DNA of 64,000 nucleotides from Spirochaetota bacterium (GTDB taxonomy: Bacteria; Spirochaetota; UBA4802; UBA5550), in the NCBI GenBank assembly GCA_963664815.2, contig CAXXHB010000002.1:384001-448000 (forward strand), written 5' to 3'. Positions 18,853-29,698 of the stretch are shown here, in pieces. The number at the start of each line of letters is the position of its first letter. The first letter of the stretch is position 1. The notes under the pieces were generated by a model, which was not told the DNA's origin, did no database searches, and saw nothing but the letters and a program-made list of their open reading frames with translations. Both the position numbers and the translations under genes were made by a program.

Positions 18853-21123
18853 ATGGATCTTCTAAAAAATCTTAATAATAACCAGAAAGAGGCAGTCCTG
18901 CATACTGAAGGGCCTTTACTTATACTTGCTGGGGCTGGTTCAGGAAAGACAAGAGTGATTACCCATAGAATTGCACATCTCATAGAAAATGGAGTGAAGC
19001 CTTATAATATTTTTGCAGTTACGTTTACAAATAAAGCAGCTGAAGAGATGAGAAACAGGGTAATGAGCATTGTTGGTTCACAAGGGAACAGCGTTTTTAT
19101 TAAAACTTTCCATTCAGCTGCTGTATACATACTTCGCAGATTCGGAGAGGATATTGGTTTAACAAGAAATTTTACTATATATGACCAGGGTGATCAGGAG
19201 GACATTATAAAAAGGATTCTTGCTGACCTGAAACTTGATTCCAAAAAGATCAAGCCTTCAATGATTTCTGCTAAAATTTCCGAGGTTAAGGATAAAGAAG
19301 ATTACCTTAAGGGTGAAGATGTGAATAAACTTCTACCCGATTATTTTTCTTTTAACTTCGGGGAAATATTCAGTCAGTATCAGCAGAGGATGACTGAAAA
19401 CAATGCTCTTGATTTTAATGACCTTCTTTGTAAAACAGTAGAACTTCTCCGAAAGTCATCTTCAGCTCAAAGTGAGATGCAACGTATGTGGCATTATTTC
19501 ATGATTGATGAGTATCAGGATACAAACTATTCGCAGTACCTGATAGCGAAATATCTTTCATCAGCTACAAAAAACATCTGTGTTGTAGGTGATGACGATC
19601 AATCAATATATTCATGGCGTGGAGCTGATATAAAGAATATATTGAATTTCGAAAAAGACAATGAAAACACAAAGGTAATAACACTGGAAGATAATTACCG
19701 ATCTACAAAGCAGATCCTCGACGCAGCGCATAATGTAATTCAGCATAATGAACAGAGAAAAGAAAAGAATATCAGGGCTTCTCGTGGTGATGGTGAATCT
19801 GTAACCTGGTGTAAAACAAATAATGAATACGGTGAAGGTGAATTTGTTATTAATACTATTGTTTCACTGAAGATAAAAGAAAATCTGCAAAATCGTGACT
19901 TTGCAATATTCTACAGAACAAATGCTCAGTCGAGAATATTTGAAGATTTTTTAAGGAGGGAAAAATTACCCTACAGGATAATCGGTGGGCAGAAGTTCTA
20001 TGAAAGAAAAGAGATAAAGGACATTCTGGCTTACCTCAAATTCCTTGTAAATCCACTTGATTCTGTATCTCTTTTCAGGATAATAAATACTCCAGCAAGG
20101 GGGATTGGTAAAGCTTCGCAGGACAGAATATCCGAGATTGCAAAAAATGAAGGGATATGTGAATGGAAAGTAATACAGGATGAGCTTATAACGGGACGCA
20201 TTCCTAAAGGGCTCGATGATTTCAGAAAAATAATTATCAGACTTATAAAGGAATTACCTGAAATCCCTGAAAATCTGAAACTCTCAGTGTTCATGAAAAA
20301 CCTTGTCGATACCACAGGTTATCGTGAATCACTTCGTGAAGAGAATACCCTGGAAAGCAATTCTCGTATAGACAACATAGATGAGCTTATTAACAGCATC
20401 TTTGATTATGAACAGTCAAATCCAGATGCCACACCTGAACAGTTTATTCAGGATATTGCTCTATATACTTCGGAACAGAATCCTGAAGAAAATGTTGATA
20501 AAAAAAATGACTGTGTAACTCTGATGACTGTACATAACGCTAAGGGTCTTGAATTTCCTGTTGTCTTTATGACCGGAATGGAAGAAAATACTTTTCCACA
20601 TAAGTTTTCAATTGATACTGATCATGGGATAGAAGAGGAGAGAAGACTATGCTACGTTGGCATAACAAGGGCTATGGACAGGATTTACATTACAAGTGCG
20701 GAATTGAGGAGGAGTTATATTGGACCGGAAAATAAGCTGCCCTCAAGATTTATTAATGAAATTCCATGGGAATTTATTAACAGAAAAGAATATATTTCAC
20801 AGGGATTTGGATGGAGCGGAGGTGGTTCACGGGAGAATTATAGTCAGGTTGAGACAAAACTGAATATGTCAGATAGAATGGATGTTCCGGACCGTGCTGT
20901 TATTAAAGAATCTTATATAAATCAATTGAATGAAAAAAAAGAGGATAGTGATGAAAGTGGATCAAAATTCAATATAAAAGAGAGTGTTATGCATCCCAAA
21001 TTTGGTGTTGGAAGAATTGTAGGAATTGAAGGTACAGGAGATAATATTAAGTTAACAATAAGCTTTGGTCTTACAAGAAAAGTTTTTATGGAAAAATATA
21101 CGCCACTTCAGAAGTTAAATTAA
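18853..21123 (+). CDS. pcrA: ATP-dependent DNA helicase PcrA/UvrD
   Basis: AGAGSGKT, TFTNKAA, DEYQDTN, VGDDDQSIY, KGLEFP, EERRLCYV and C-terminal HPKFG tudor-like domain; ATG 18853 after AAGGA. Confidence 0.95.
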   Translation: MDLLKNLNNNQKEAVLHTEGPLLILAGAGSGKTRVITHRIAHLIENGVKPYNIFAVTFTNKAAEEMRNRVMSIVGSQGNSVFIKTFHSAAVYILRRFGEDIGLTRNFTIYDQGDQEDIIKRILADLKLDSKKIKPSMISAKISEVKDKEDYLKGEDVNKLLPDYFSFNFGEIFSQYQQRMTENNALDFNDLLCKTVELLRKSSSAQSEMQRMWHYFMIDEYQDTNYSQYLIAKYLSSATKNICVVGDDDQSIYSWRGADIKNILNFEKDNENTKVITLEDNYRSTKQILDAAHNVIQHNEQRKEKNIRASRGDGESVTWCKTNNEYGEGEFVINTIVSLKIKENLQNRDFAIFYRTNAQSRIFEDFLRREKLPYRIIGGQKFYERKEIKDILAYLKFLVNPLDSVSLFRIINTPARGIGKASQDRISEIAKNEGICEWKVIQDELITGRIPKGLDDFRKIIIRLIKELPEIPENLKLSVFMKNLVDTTGYRESLREENTLESNSRIDNIDELINSIFDYEQSNPDATPEQFIQDIALYTSEQNPEENVDKKNDCVTLMTVHNAKGLEFPVVFMTGMEENTFPHKFSIDTDHGIEEERRLCYVGITRAMDRIYITSAELRRSYIGPENKLPSRFINEIPWEFINRKEYISQGFGWSGGGSRENYSQVETKLNMSDRMDVPDRAVIKESYINQLNEKKEDSDESGSKFNIKESVMHPKFGVGRIVGIEGTGDNIKLTISFGLTRKVFMEKYTPLQKLN

Positions 21124-21167
21124 AGAAGCACATCTGAAAATACGATAAAGAAATAACTGATATATTA

Positions 21168-21995
21168 ATGGCGGATATTATGAATATTAAAAGTTTTTAT
21201 ATATTTCTTTTTTCAGTTATTTTCTTTTCATGTGGAACAGAAAAGGTAAAGATTTATGAAGTAAAGGCTGAAATCAGCAAATCTGAAGAAATTGTTAAAA
21301 AGGAAGATGAAGCGACAAGATTGGAAAAATTTTTTAAGAGGTCGGAACTTGATTCATCCAGAGCAGGCTTGATAATCGAAAAAAATAAGATTATTCAGCA
21401 TTTAACTCATCTTAGAAAAATGGACCGGGGAGGTAAAAAATATTATCTCCTGGAAAAAGATGATATTACTGAAATGATACGATCTGTAACAGCAGGTATA
21501 TATCTTGATTATATACTTATCAATCATAATGGCGATATTATTTATACAAGCAGGGAAAACGGATTATTTGGAACAAATGTAAACAGCGGATATGAAGAAA
21601 CTCCGCTGAAAAAATGTTTTATAAACAGATCCGGAGTTTATTTTGAAGATTTTTCTTTTATTTCATCTTCATCAAAAGTTTATTCATTATATATTGCAAC
21701 ACCGATTTATGTGGAAGGCAGCTTTCATGGCACACTTATACTACAGTTAGAAATGAAGAAATTAAGTGGTATACTTGAACCTGAGACAGAAATTTTCAGT
21801 CGGGACGGAATAATAAGAGTTACAAATTCAGAAGAAAGAATATTCATAAAATACTCGGGGTTTGAAAAAATCGATATGAATGAACTGAATAGAGATGGAG
21901 TCACTTATCTATATAGCGCTACAGATAAGCTAAAATTTTCAAAATTTAACTTCAAAGGAATTGACTGGATACTGGTAAACAAGGAAAAGATTTAG
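21168..21995 (+). CDS. Putative lipoprotein with Cache-like sensor domain
   Basis: FFSC lipobox; YLDYILINHNGDIIYT and YIATPIY...GTLILQL are dCache-type segments; no second TM or output domain. Confidence 0.55.
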   Translation: MADIMNIKSFYIFLFSVIFFSCGTEKVKIYEVKAEISKSEEIVKKEDEATRLEKFFKRSELDSSRAGLIIEKNKIIQHLTHLRKMDRGGKKYYLLEKDDITEMIRSVTAGIYLDYILINHNGDIIYTSRENGLFGTNVNSGYEETPLKKCFINRSGVYFEDFSFISSSSKVYSLYIATPIYVEGSFHGTLILQLEMKKLSGILEPETEIFSRDGIIRVTNSEERIFIKYSGFEKIDMNELNRDGVTYLYSATDKLKFSKFNFKGIDWILVNKEKI

Positions 21996-22049
21996 TTATT
22001 AACCGGAATTTATTTTTTTATAAAAATTTCTGTAATGAAAGAGGTATTA

Positions 22050-23321
22050 TTAATTATTATCCTTCATCATCCCATTCTGAATATCTAAACTGATTTTACT
22101 GAAAAGATTCGGAAGATCATATTTTTTCTGCATCTGGTTTGAAATAATTTCAGAGATACTGATTAACATTTCATCGTTGAAATTTCTCTTTGAACTTATA
22201 AGAAGACCCTCGATCAATGCCGGGAGTATGGAAAGAGTTTCTGTCTCCTCAATTTTAATGTATTCGCGAACTCCCTTAGTCTTTAATATTGTAGGATCTC
22301 CAATATCTGTTGTAATACCTGAGATTACAAGTTGACCCACTCGGAGACTGTTTAAATAGTCATATGAAATTTTTTCATCCATTATCAGCAGAATATCGCA
22401 GTTATTGATTACATTTTCCAGTGTAGTCGCAAGGCCTTTTCTGTTTTCAAAAGACATCATTTGTCTTTCATTGCTGTCATGTCCGAGTACTTTCATGTAT
22501 CCTGATTTAACTAGAAGAGAAGTAAGCCTGATAGTACTGTTGTTAAGTCCGATAATTCCAACAGATGTATCATCAGGGATTATATTGTGGTTTGTTTTAA
22601 GTGTATTAATAACTGAAAGATAGTGAACAGGAATTTCGTCAAGTTCTCTGAAGATAAGAGGTTTTGAAACAGCATCAATTATATTTGTCAGAAGATAGTC
22701 ATCTTCGTCGTTGTTCATTATACGAAGGCAGCAGAAATTTTCTTCTATTCCTTTAACAGTTTTTATCATGTCCTCTATCGTGTTATATTTTATGACTAAA
22801 GGAAATGAGTTCTTTCCTGTGAACTTTCCTATCAGAACTGAATCTCTTTCTGAGTCAGCATAAAGATGATAATAATTGCTGTTGTTTCCGGAGTTTGTAT
22901 TTTTAATACCGCTGATAAGTGCGATGCTGTTAAAACTGGCGCAATAATTTTTTTCTAAACCGGCATCAATTTTTTCATGAATGAGTTTATTCGCACCGAT
23001 TAGTGCGGTCCAAATATCATTGATATTTTCAATTTCAATTTTACTTGAAATGGATAATACACCCCCTTTAATTTTGTTCTCAAGCGTGCTGGCGACAGAA
23101 ATATCCTGAAAGTATTCCCCATTTTTTTTTAAAGTGTCAACAAGGCGAATAAGATCTTTTTTGGAAGAATATACAACATCAATTATATAGACCTCCCATT
23201 TGCCATCGGATTCTGTTAGATTAATCATATTAATATCAATATTATGTTTATGTAATGTGGATATAAACTGGGGTAGAACAACTTTTTTCATTTTAATATT
23301 TACAGTGGCAATTAGTTTCAT
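22050..23321 (-). CDS. Highly divergent malic-enzyme homologue with ACT-like N-terminus (probable pseudoenzyme)
   Basis: Collinear similarity to bacterial malic enzyme (GGxLxIxSK, NSIALIS, KFTGKNSFPL, EDMIKTVKGI, KPLIF, Rossmann region) with catalytic motifs replaced. Confidence 0.6.
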   Translation of the reverse strand: MKLIATVNIKMKKVVLPQFISTLHKHNIDINMINLTESDGKWEVYIIDVVYSSKKDLIRLVDTLKKNGEYFQDISVASTLENKIKGGVLSISSKIEIENINDIWTALIGANKLIHEKIDAGLEKNYCASFNSIALISGIKNTNSGNNSNYYHLYADSERDSVLIGKFTGKNSFPLVIKYNTIEDMIKTVKGIEENFCCLRIMNNDEDDYLLTNIIDAVSKPLIFRELDEIPVHYLSVINTLKTNHNIIPDDTSVGIIGLNNSTIRLTSLLVKSGYMKVLGHDSNERQMMSFENRKGLATTLENVINNCDILLIMDEKISYDYLNSLRVGQLVISGITTDIGDPTILKTKGVREYIKIEETETLSILPALIEGLLISSKRNFNDEMLISISEIISNQMQKKYDLPNLFSKISLDIQNGMMKDNN

Positions 23322-23360
23322 AAAAAACCTTCCAGCCTGTTTATAATGAGAGATTTATAG

Positions 23361-23921
23361 TTACTGATCGGAATATTTTATGCCAAGCTTTCGGCATTTT
23401 TCTAATAATTCGGAGGATATTACATTTGTAATATCACAGTTTTTAAGCAGAATAGCTTCTGTTATGTTGAATGATGTGTTTATAGTATTATAAAAATGCG
23501 TTATTCCGGTGAGAACACTTGAAAAAATATCATTATAATCCGAACCTGCAGAGCAGAAAAAAAAACCTTTCTTTTCTTTAATGTTAAAACAGTTTCTTTT
23601 TTTCCCCTCCCACAGAAGTTGGCATCTGTCAATTATTGATTTTAATGGAGCAGGGAAAGATGAAAAATAGAGAGGGGATGATATTGAAATAAAATCAGCA
23701 TCGATTATGAGATTATAAATATGCGACATATCATCACCGAAAACACACTTAGGTTCTGAAATGCAGTTACCACATGCAGTACATGGTCTCACATCAGCTT
23801 CAAACGCGTTGATTATATCAATTTTAAATCCATTCTTCCGGAATGGATTTAAGAATTCATTATGCAGTTTTGTTGAAAAACTGTTTTTGCGCGGACTTCC
23901 TGTTATTGCAAGAAGATTCAA
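23361..23921 (-). CDS. Flavodoxin family / iron-sulfur flavoprotein
   Basis: GSPRKNSFS, CTACGNC-x5-C, SPLYF, KSIIDRCQ. Confidence 0.88.
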   Translation of the reverse strand: MNLLAITGSPRKNSFSTKLHNEFLNPFRKNGFKIDIINAFEADVRPCTACGNCISEPKCVFGDDMSHIYNLIIDADFISISSPLYFSSFPAPLKSIIDRCQLLWEGKKRNCFNIKEKKGFFFCSAGSDYNDIFSSVLTGITHFYNTINTSFNITEAILLKNCDITNVISSELLEKCRKLGIKYSDQ

Positions 23922-23923
23922 AT

Positions 23924-24928
23924 TTAGTCTTCCTTTAACCTCGTGAAAATCATTCTTCCGGCGGTTGTCTGAAGTACTGAAGTAACAGTAACATCAACTT
24001 CCTCATTCATCCTGCGCCTTCCATTTTCCACTACTACCATTGTTCCGTCGTCCAGATATCCTATGGCCTGATTGGAATCTTTACCTTCTTTTACAAGAAG
24101 TACTCTCATTTCTTCACCTGGAAGTACAATTGGTTTTAACGAGTTTGAGAGAAGATTGATGTTAAGAACATCAACACCATGAAATTCTGCAACTTTGTTG
24201 AGGTTGAAATCGTTTGTAATAACTTTAGCTTTCATAACTTTTGCAAGTTGAACAAGTTTAGAATCTACTTCCGGAATATCCTTAAAATCCATATCGGATA
24301 TTTTTACCATAATTGACTGATCTTTCTGCATTTTGTTGAGAATATCAAGCCCTCTTCTGCCGCGGTTTCGTTTAATGGAATCAGCAGAGTCTGCAATCAT
24401 TTGAAGTTCATTCAGAACAAAATTAGGAATTACAAGAATACCTTCAAGGAAGCCTGTATCGCAGATATCTGCAATTCTGCCATCAATAATGACACTTGTA
24501 TCAAGAATTTTATACGGAATCTGAACGTCAGAATCCTTAATGCCGGGAGCAATAATTTTGTCCAGGAAGCTGATATCTTCATGATTTATCACGAAAAACA
24601 TCATAATAGCAAAACCGGAAATATGGTAAAGCAGAGGTTTAATTATTCCTGAATATTTTCTGATAATTTCCATATCCAGAGAATTTATTCCGTTTACAAA
24701 AAGATTTGCTATAACCAGACCGACAAGAAGGCCTGCTATAGCAGATAACAGCTGTCGTGACTGAAAACTATGAGAAACTGTTTCAATAATAATAATAATG
24801 CCAAGAGCGATGAACCCGGCAATTCCTCCGGAGAGTAATATAGCAGTAATGGAATGTGCTGAATAAAAGAGAGTTGTAAAAAGGATAGAAGTAATTATAA
24901 AAAGAGTTCTGAATAGTATTATTAACAT
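23924..24928 (-). CDS. PIN/TRAM domain membrane protein (YacL-like)
   Basis: N-terminal TMs, [46 protein letters not shown]. Confidence 0.93.
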   Translation of the reverse strand: MLIILFRTLFIITSILFTTLFYSAHSITAILLSGGIAGFIALGIIIIIETVSHSFQSRQLLSAIAGLLVGLVIANLFVNGINSLDMEIIRKYSGIIKPLLYHISGFAIMMFFVINHEDISFLDKIIAPGIKDSDVQIPYKILDTSVIIDGRIADICDTGFLEGILVIPNFVLNELQMIADSADSIKRNRGRRGLDILNKMQKDQSIMVKISDMDFKDIPEVDSKLVQLAKVMKAKVITNDFNLNKVAEFHGVDVLNINLLSNSLKPIVLPGEEMRVLLVKEGKDSNQAIGYLDDGTMVVVENGRRRMNEEVDVTVTSVLQTTAGRMIFTRLKED

Positions 24929-25089
24929 AATGCTGCTCCTGATTAAAACGATAATAAGTATTATAATATAAAGTATGAATCAAAAAGAATTAATTTGTTT
25001 AACAAAATACGGAAATGAACCGGTAAAACAGGAGCATAGTTAAAATACAAACTCAATCCGCAACCGGTTTTAAATTGACGGTTAGAGGG

Positions 25090-25587
25090 TTATTCTTCTT
25101 CTTCAAAACTGGAAGAAAGGGCTTCAGAAACTATGTTACCGGCTTCGTCAATAGCAATATTTTTTGACATTGCTACTTCATAAGTAATCAGTTGATAGGC
25201 GTTTTCATAAAGTTTCCTTTCCATAATAGAAAGTTCCTTTTCATTACCTCTTTTAAAAAGATCCCTGGCAACTTCTGCTACTTCATATATGGAACCACTT
25301 TTTACTTTATCAATATTATTCTGGTATCTTAGCTTCCAGTCTTCTTCTATAGCTTCAGCTTCGGTTGCGAGTATTGTCATGACTTTTTTAATATCTTTTT
25401 TGGGAATAATACTCCTTATTCCTATTTCTTTCGCGTTATTGACAGGTATCATAACTTTCATACCGTTGCTGATGATTGTAATCATATAGTATTCATTTCT
25501 TTTTCCGAGAACAACTTTTTTTTCAATTCCTTCAATTTCGCCCACACCATGCATGGGATATACGATTTTATCACCAACCTTAAACAT
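25090..25587 (-). CDS. carD: CarD family transcriptional regulator
   Basis: FKVGDKIVYPMHGVG and WKLRY motifs; upstream of PIN/TRAM, a commonly seen arrangement. Confidence 0.93.
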   Translation of the reverse strand: MFKVGDKIVYPMHGVGEIEGIEKKVVLGKRNEYYMITIISNGMKVMIPVNNAKEIGIRSIIPKKDIKKVMTILATEAEAIEEDWKLRYQNNIDKVKSGSIYEVAEVARDLFKRGNEKELSIMERKLYENAYQLITYEVAMSKNIAIDEAGNIVSEALSSSFEEEE

Positions 25588-25698
25588 TCTGGAACTCCTG
25601 TTTTATTTCTGATTAGAAGTAAGAAATAATGATTTAATTACATAATCGGAATATAATGTACACAAAATTAGAAGAAATGTCAATAAATGAATTTCTCT

Positions 25699-28086
25699 CT
25701 ATTCTGTCAATCCTTCTTTTTCCATATACCTTTCAAGAACTGATTTCATTTCATAGTGATTACCATCACATACCTTATCCGGACCACTTCCCTTGAGTCC
25801 AATTCCACCAGAGATTTTTTTACAATTAGGACCTGGAATCAAGCCTGTATACCAGCAAACACCCTTACCTTCCACGCCATCAGGTCTTGCTGGAAAGACA
25901 GGATCCGGCATACCGTTATAAACTTCTTTCATATAGTATCCCCATATGGGAGCGGAAAGCCCTGCTCCGGCCTGGCCTTTACCAAGAGTCATAAATGATT
26001 TATCGTAACCGAACCAGACAACAGCTGCAATATCGGGAGTGTAACCGCAGAACCATGCATCAGTCCAGTTCTGAGTAGTTCCGGTTTTACCTGCCCCGGC
26101 TTTTGTATATCCTGCCTGATTTCTTATTGAAAAAGAGGGTGTTCCAAAATTTACTACTCCCTGCATAAGCTCTGTCATAATATAAGCAACGGTTTCAGGT
26201 ATAATCTGAATTGTCCCTTCAATTTCTTTAGCTGCTATAATATTTCCGACCTCTTCTTCAATATTAACAAGTTCATTTCCATCTCTGTCTATTACATAAC
26301 GAATTGCAAATGGGATTACATCTCGTCCCCTGTTTGCGTATATTGAATAACCTGTTGCAAGTTCAAGAGGAGTAACATCTACTGTTCCAAGTGCAAGCGC
26401 AGGACCTGGGGTAAATCTGGTTTCAGGAATTTTCAGCATCTTTGAAGCATAATCAATAACCCCATCAGCTCCGACAAGGTCAAAAATTCTGATTGAAATG
26501 ATATTAATCGATTGAGCGAGAGCGTGCTGTATAGTAACCATCCCGGAAAAATCACCCTCATAGTTGTCAGGGGACCATGTTGTGCCGGTTGCATCGACAT
26601 CAATAATAGGTACATCGGGAAGGACTGTGGCGGTACTTATCCGTTTATTATAAATTGCAGACCCGTAAACAAATGGTTTAAATGCGGAACCGGGTTGGCG
26701 TCTTGCCTGGACAGCCCGGTTGTATTGATTAGAGACTTCAAACTCGGATCCGCCAACCATACTGGTAATATATCCGGTTGGAGGTTCTATTGCAATAAAT
26801 GCGCCTTCAACTTTCATCGAAGAAGAGATACCGGAAATCTGTGTTCGGAACGCTTCAATTACATTGTAGTTTTTAGGGGAGTCTGATAAAAGCGTTAATA
26901 TCTCCATTGAATCTATAAGATTATCGACTATATTTTTTTTAAATTGAGTATCAAGATCATTTAAAATTACAACAGAAGGAAGATTGAAAATCATTCGGAG
27001 TGTATTGTATGCTCCGAATAAACTTCTATCAACTGCACTTTCATAGTAGGAGTTCATTCGGCTGGAAATTTTGTCCTGTTCTATAAGTCCGTCACTCATA
27101 TATTTCTGGGCAATTTTCTGTCTTTTAAGATTAAGAGTTGTATATACTGTAAGTCCTTCATTATACATAGTATCTTTTCCAAAACGGGCATCCAGGATCT
27201 GACGTACATAATCTGTAAAATATGGTGCATTGTCTTCATCCTTAGACATGGCTGTTTTAGTGGGAAACTCTGTCCGGAGAGACTCTATAAATCCAGGCCA
27301 GAAAGCTTCAAATATTTCATCAGAACGTTTTTGAGTAAGAAATCCGGCGCTTACCATTCTGTTAAGAGTGTCTCTGTTTTTCATTGCAGCTTCACGGGGA
27401 AATTTAAACGGAGAAAAACCTGTAGGTTTAGATGGAAGTGCGGAAAGCACACTGCCTTCGATAAGAGACATATGTTTAACTTCTTTATTGAAAAAAAAGT
27501 TTGAAGCGGTAGCAATTCCATGACAGCCATGACCCAGATAAATCTGATTGAAATACATTTCCAGAATTTCCTCTTTGGAAAATTTCTTTTCAATCTGAAG
27601 TGCAAGAACAGCTTCCAGTGCCTTTCGTGCAAATGTTCTCTCACTTTCAGTAAAAAGCTGTTTTGCAAGTTGTTGCGTGATTGTAGATCCCCCCTGTACT
27701 ATTGTGGGTCTGAGAGCCTTTATTGAAGCTATAGTATTTTTACCCATAGCCCGTATTATGGCCATAGGATTTATTCCGAAATGTTCATAAAAGTCTTTAT
27801 CTTCCTGTGCAATAAACGCGTTTATCAGTGTATGTGGAAGCTCATTAAAAGAAACAAGATCTCTTTTCTCCTGATATAACTCGGAAATGAGTTCTCCGTT
27901 GACATCATATAATCTTGTTGGGATGCTTGGCTGAAATTTTTTTAGATTATGAATGCCGGAATAATTTTTTATTTCAGCAGTTATAAAACCGAAAATAATT
28001 CCTCCGGTAATGGAACAGAATGCAACCAGAATAAGAGCAATTCTTTCAAGTTTTAAAATTTTTTGTTTAATGTCCATAATTTCCAT
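25699..28086 (-). CDS. Class A penicillin-binding protein (PBP1A family)
   Basis: Transglycosylase EDKDFYEH, GGSTITQQLAK, RKxxE; transpeptidase SAFK, SIN, KTG. Confidence 0.93.
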   Translation of the reverse strand: MEIMDIKQKILKLERIALILVAFCSITGGIIFGFITAEIKNYSGIHNLKKFQPSIPTRLYDVNGELISELYQEKRDLVSFNELPHTLINAFIAQEDKDFYEHFGINPMAIIRAMGKNTIASIKALRPTIVQGGSTITQQLAKQLFTESERTFARKALEAVLALQIEKKFSKEEILEMYFNQIYLGHGCHGIATASNFFFNKEVKHMSLIEGSVLSALPSKPTGFSPFKFPREAAMKNRDTLNRMVSAGFLTQKRSDEIFEAFWPGFIESLRTEFPTKTAMSKDEDNAPYFTDYVRQILDARFGKDTMYNEGLTVYTTLNLKRQKIAQKYMSDGLIEQDKISSRMNSYYESAVDRSLFGAYNTLRMIFNLPSVVILNDLDTQFKKNIVDNLIDSMEILTLLSDSPKNYNVIEAFRTQISGISSSMKVEGAFIAIEPPTGYITSMVGGSEFEVSNQYNRAVQARRQPGSAFKPFVYGSAIYNKRISTATVLPDVPIIDVDATGTTWSPDNYEGDFSGMVTIQHALAQSINIISIRIFDLVGADGVIDYASKMLKIPETRFTPGPALALGTVDVTPLELATGYSIYANRGRDVIPFAIRYVIDRDGNELVNIEEEVGNIIAAKEIEGTIQIIPETVAYIMTELMQGVVNFGTPSFSIRNQAGYTKAGAGKTGTTQNWTDAWFCGYTPDIAAVVWFGYDKSFMTLGKGQAGAGLSAPIWGYYMKEVYNGMPDPVFPARPDGVEGKGVCWYTGLIPGPNCKKISGGIGLKGSGPDKVCDGNHYEMKSVLERYMEKEGLTE

Positions 28087-28142
28087 GCGGTTTATAAAAG
28101 ATGATTACAGTAATTGCTAAAATAAAAACGAGAGCGCATTAA

Positions 28143-28349
28143 TCAACCATTATTTTTATATGACTGGTATATGAATTTTCCGAGAAGATAGAGAGCAAAA
28201 ATTATTGCACCCCACATAATTATTTTTATAAAAAGAAAGAGTATAAAACCTATTACTTTTAATATCATGGGTAGTATAAACTTAAATACAATATAAATGA
28301 TAAAAATTATTAACAGGAATTTCATAATAGTTTTGGTAAAATCGTTCAT
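28143..28349 (-). CDS. Small hydrophobic membrane protein
   Basis: ATG 28349 with GGAG RBS; two hydrophobic helices. Confidence 0.55.
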   Translation of the reverse strand: MNDFTKTIMKFLLIIFIIYIVFKFILPMILKVIGFILFLFIKIIMWGAIIFALYLLGKFIYQSYKNNG

Positions 28350-28625
28350 AAAAAACTCCAATTGGTGAATATTATTTATCAATCCTGAAACATGAATAAT
28401 TTCAACAATAAAATGTCGTGCTCGCCACTAAAAAGCATCTTTTTCAATTTGAAGTGACATAACGAATAACAGCGATAGTAATATATATATTATATTAATT
28501 TCGATAAAAAATAAAAAAAATGTTGTCGAGATTAAAAGGATTATTTAATATTAACATAAATTGTGATATTATATTTTAAGTATGGATGCTTAAAATCTGT
28601 TATCTTTATTTAGGAGATAAAACTT

Positions 28626-29432
28626 ATGAATTATTACGAAAGATTTTTTTTAGTTCTAATATCCTTTATTATGGCTTTCAGTCTCTCGGCTTCGTCACAG
28701 GAATTGAAAGAGCTTGATCCAAAAGGAAGTGATAAGCTTAATGAAAATTTTAATCAGGCTGAAAAACCGGATGATTCTTATCTTGCACAATTTCATGCAC
28801 AGGATGTGGTATCAAAATTATCAACAAAGAATCTTGAGCAGATTTATCTACTTAATGTTGTTGTAGCAAATTTTGATAAGGGCTGGAAGGGCGATTATGA
28901 TAAAATTTATGAAGAGTATAAAAGGGCAGTAGAACTTTTTTACAAAAGAGATATGATATTTGCAAGAGTATGGTTTGAGAGAAATCAGAAATCAATATCC
29001 GATCTTTTAAAAAAAATGACAGAACAATATAATAAAGATACACAACTTATACTTGATGATTGTCATAAACAGATAGTTTCTCTTCATTTAAATCAGAAAA
29101 CAAGGTCTGATCCTAACAAATTTAAAGAATTGTTAGAGAATCAGATGAGATTAAAAATTGCATATGGTCAGATGGATGATGCAGAAAATGAATATACTGC
29201 AAAAAACTATGAACAGTCTCTTTATCACTACAGAGTTGCTAAGGCGTATGGTATAAGAATACTTGAAGCTGTTGCTTATGCTGATGAGAGCGATGGAAAG
29301 AATGATGGATTAAAAGTTAAAGATATTAAAGAAAAATACAAGAAAGATAAAGCTGATAACAGAAACAGGATTTATGAAGATGTAAAAAAGGGTGAACAAA
29401 AAGCTGGCGAAACAACAACAAATCCTTCGTAA
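28626..29432 (+). CDS. Exported all-helical hypothetical protein
   Basis: Signal peptide, AGGAG RBS, TPR-like helical segments and its own terminator. Confidence 0.7.
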   Translation: MNYYERFFLVLISFIMAFSLSASSQELKELDPKGSDKLNENFNQAEKPDDSYLAQFHAQDVVSKLSTKNLEQIYLLNVVVANFDKGWKGDYDKIYEEYKRAVELFYKRDMIFARVWFERNQKSISDLLKKMTEQYNKDTQLILDDCHKQIVSLHLNQKTRSDPNKFKELLENQMRLKIAYGQMDDAENEYTAKNYEQSLYHYRVAKAYGIRILEAVAYADESDGKNDGLKVKDIKEKYKKDKADNRNRIYEDVKKGEQKAGETTTNPS

Positions 29433-29452
29433 ATAATTGTTAAGATGTTTTT

Positions 29453-29496
29453 ATAAAATAAGAAAGGGGGTTAAAGACCTCCTTTTTTTATTTTAT
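29453..29496 (+). terminator. Intrinsic terminator
   Basis: AAGGGGGT-TAAAG-ACCTCCTT stem (one G-U pair) followed by a T-tract. Confidence 0.75.
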
Positions 29497-29698
29497 TTTA
29501 TTTTATAAACAAACAAATAAATTTAAAATACTGTATTTTTTTGTATTTATTTCTTAACTGTTTTTAGATAAAGCATATTTTCATTTATCTACTTCGATAA
29601 ACATAAGGGAAAGATCTTTCTATCTTAAGGAATGTTATATAAAATTGTTAAGTTTATAACATAAATTAATTACAACCAATTCAAAGGAAGACAGGAAA

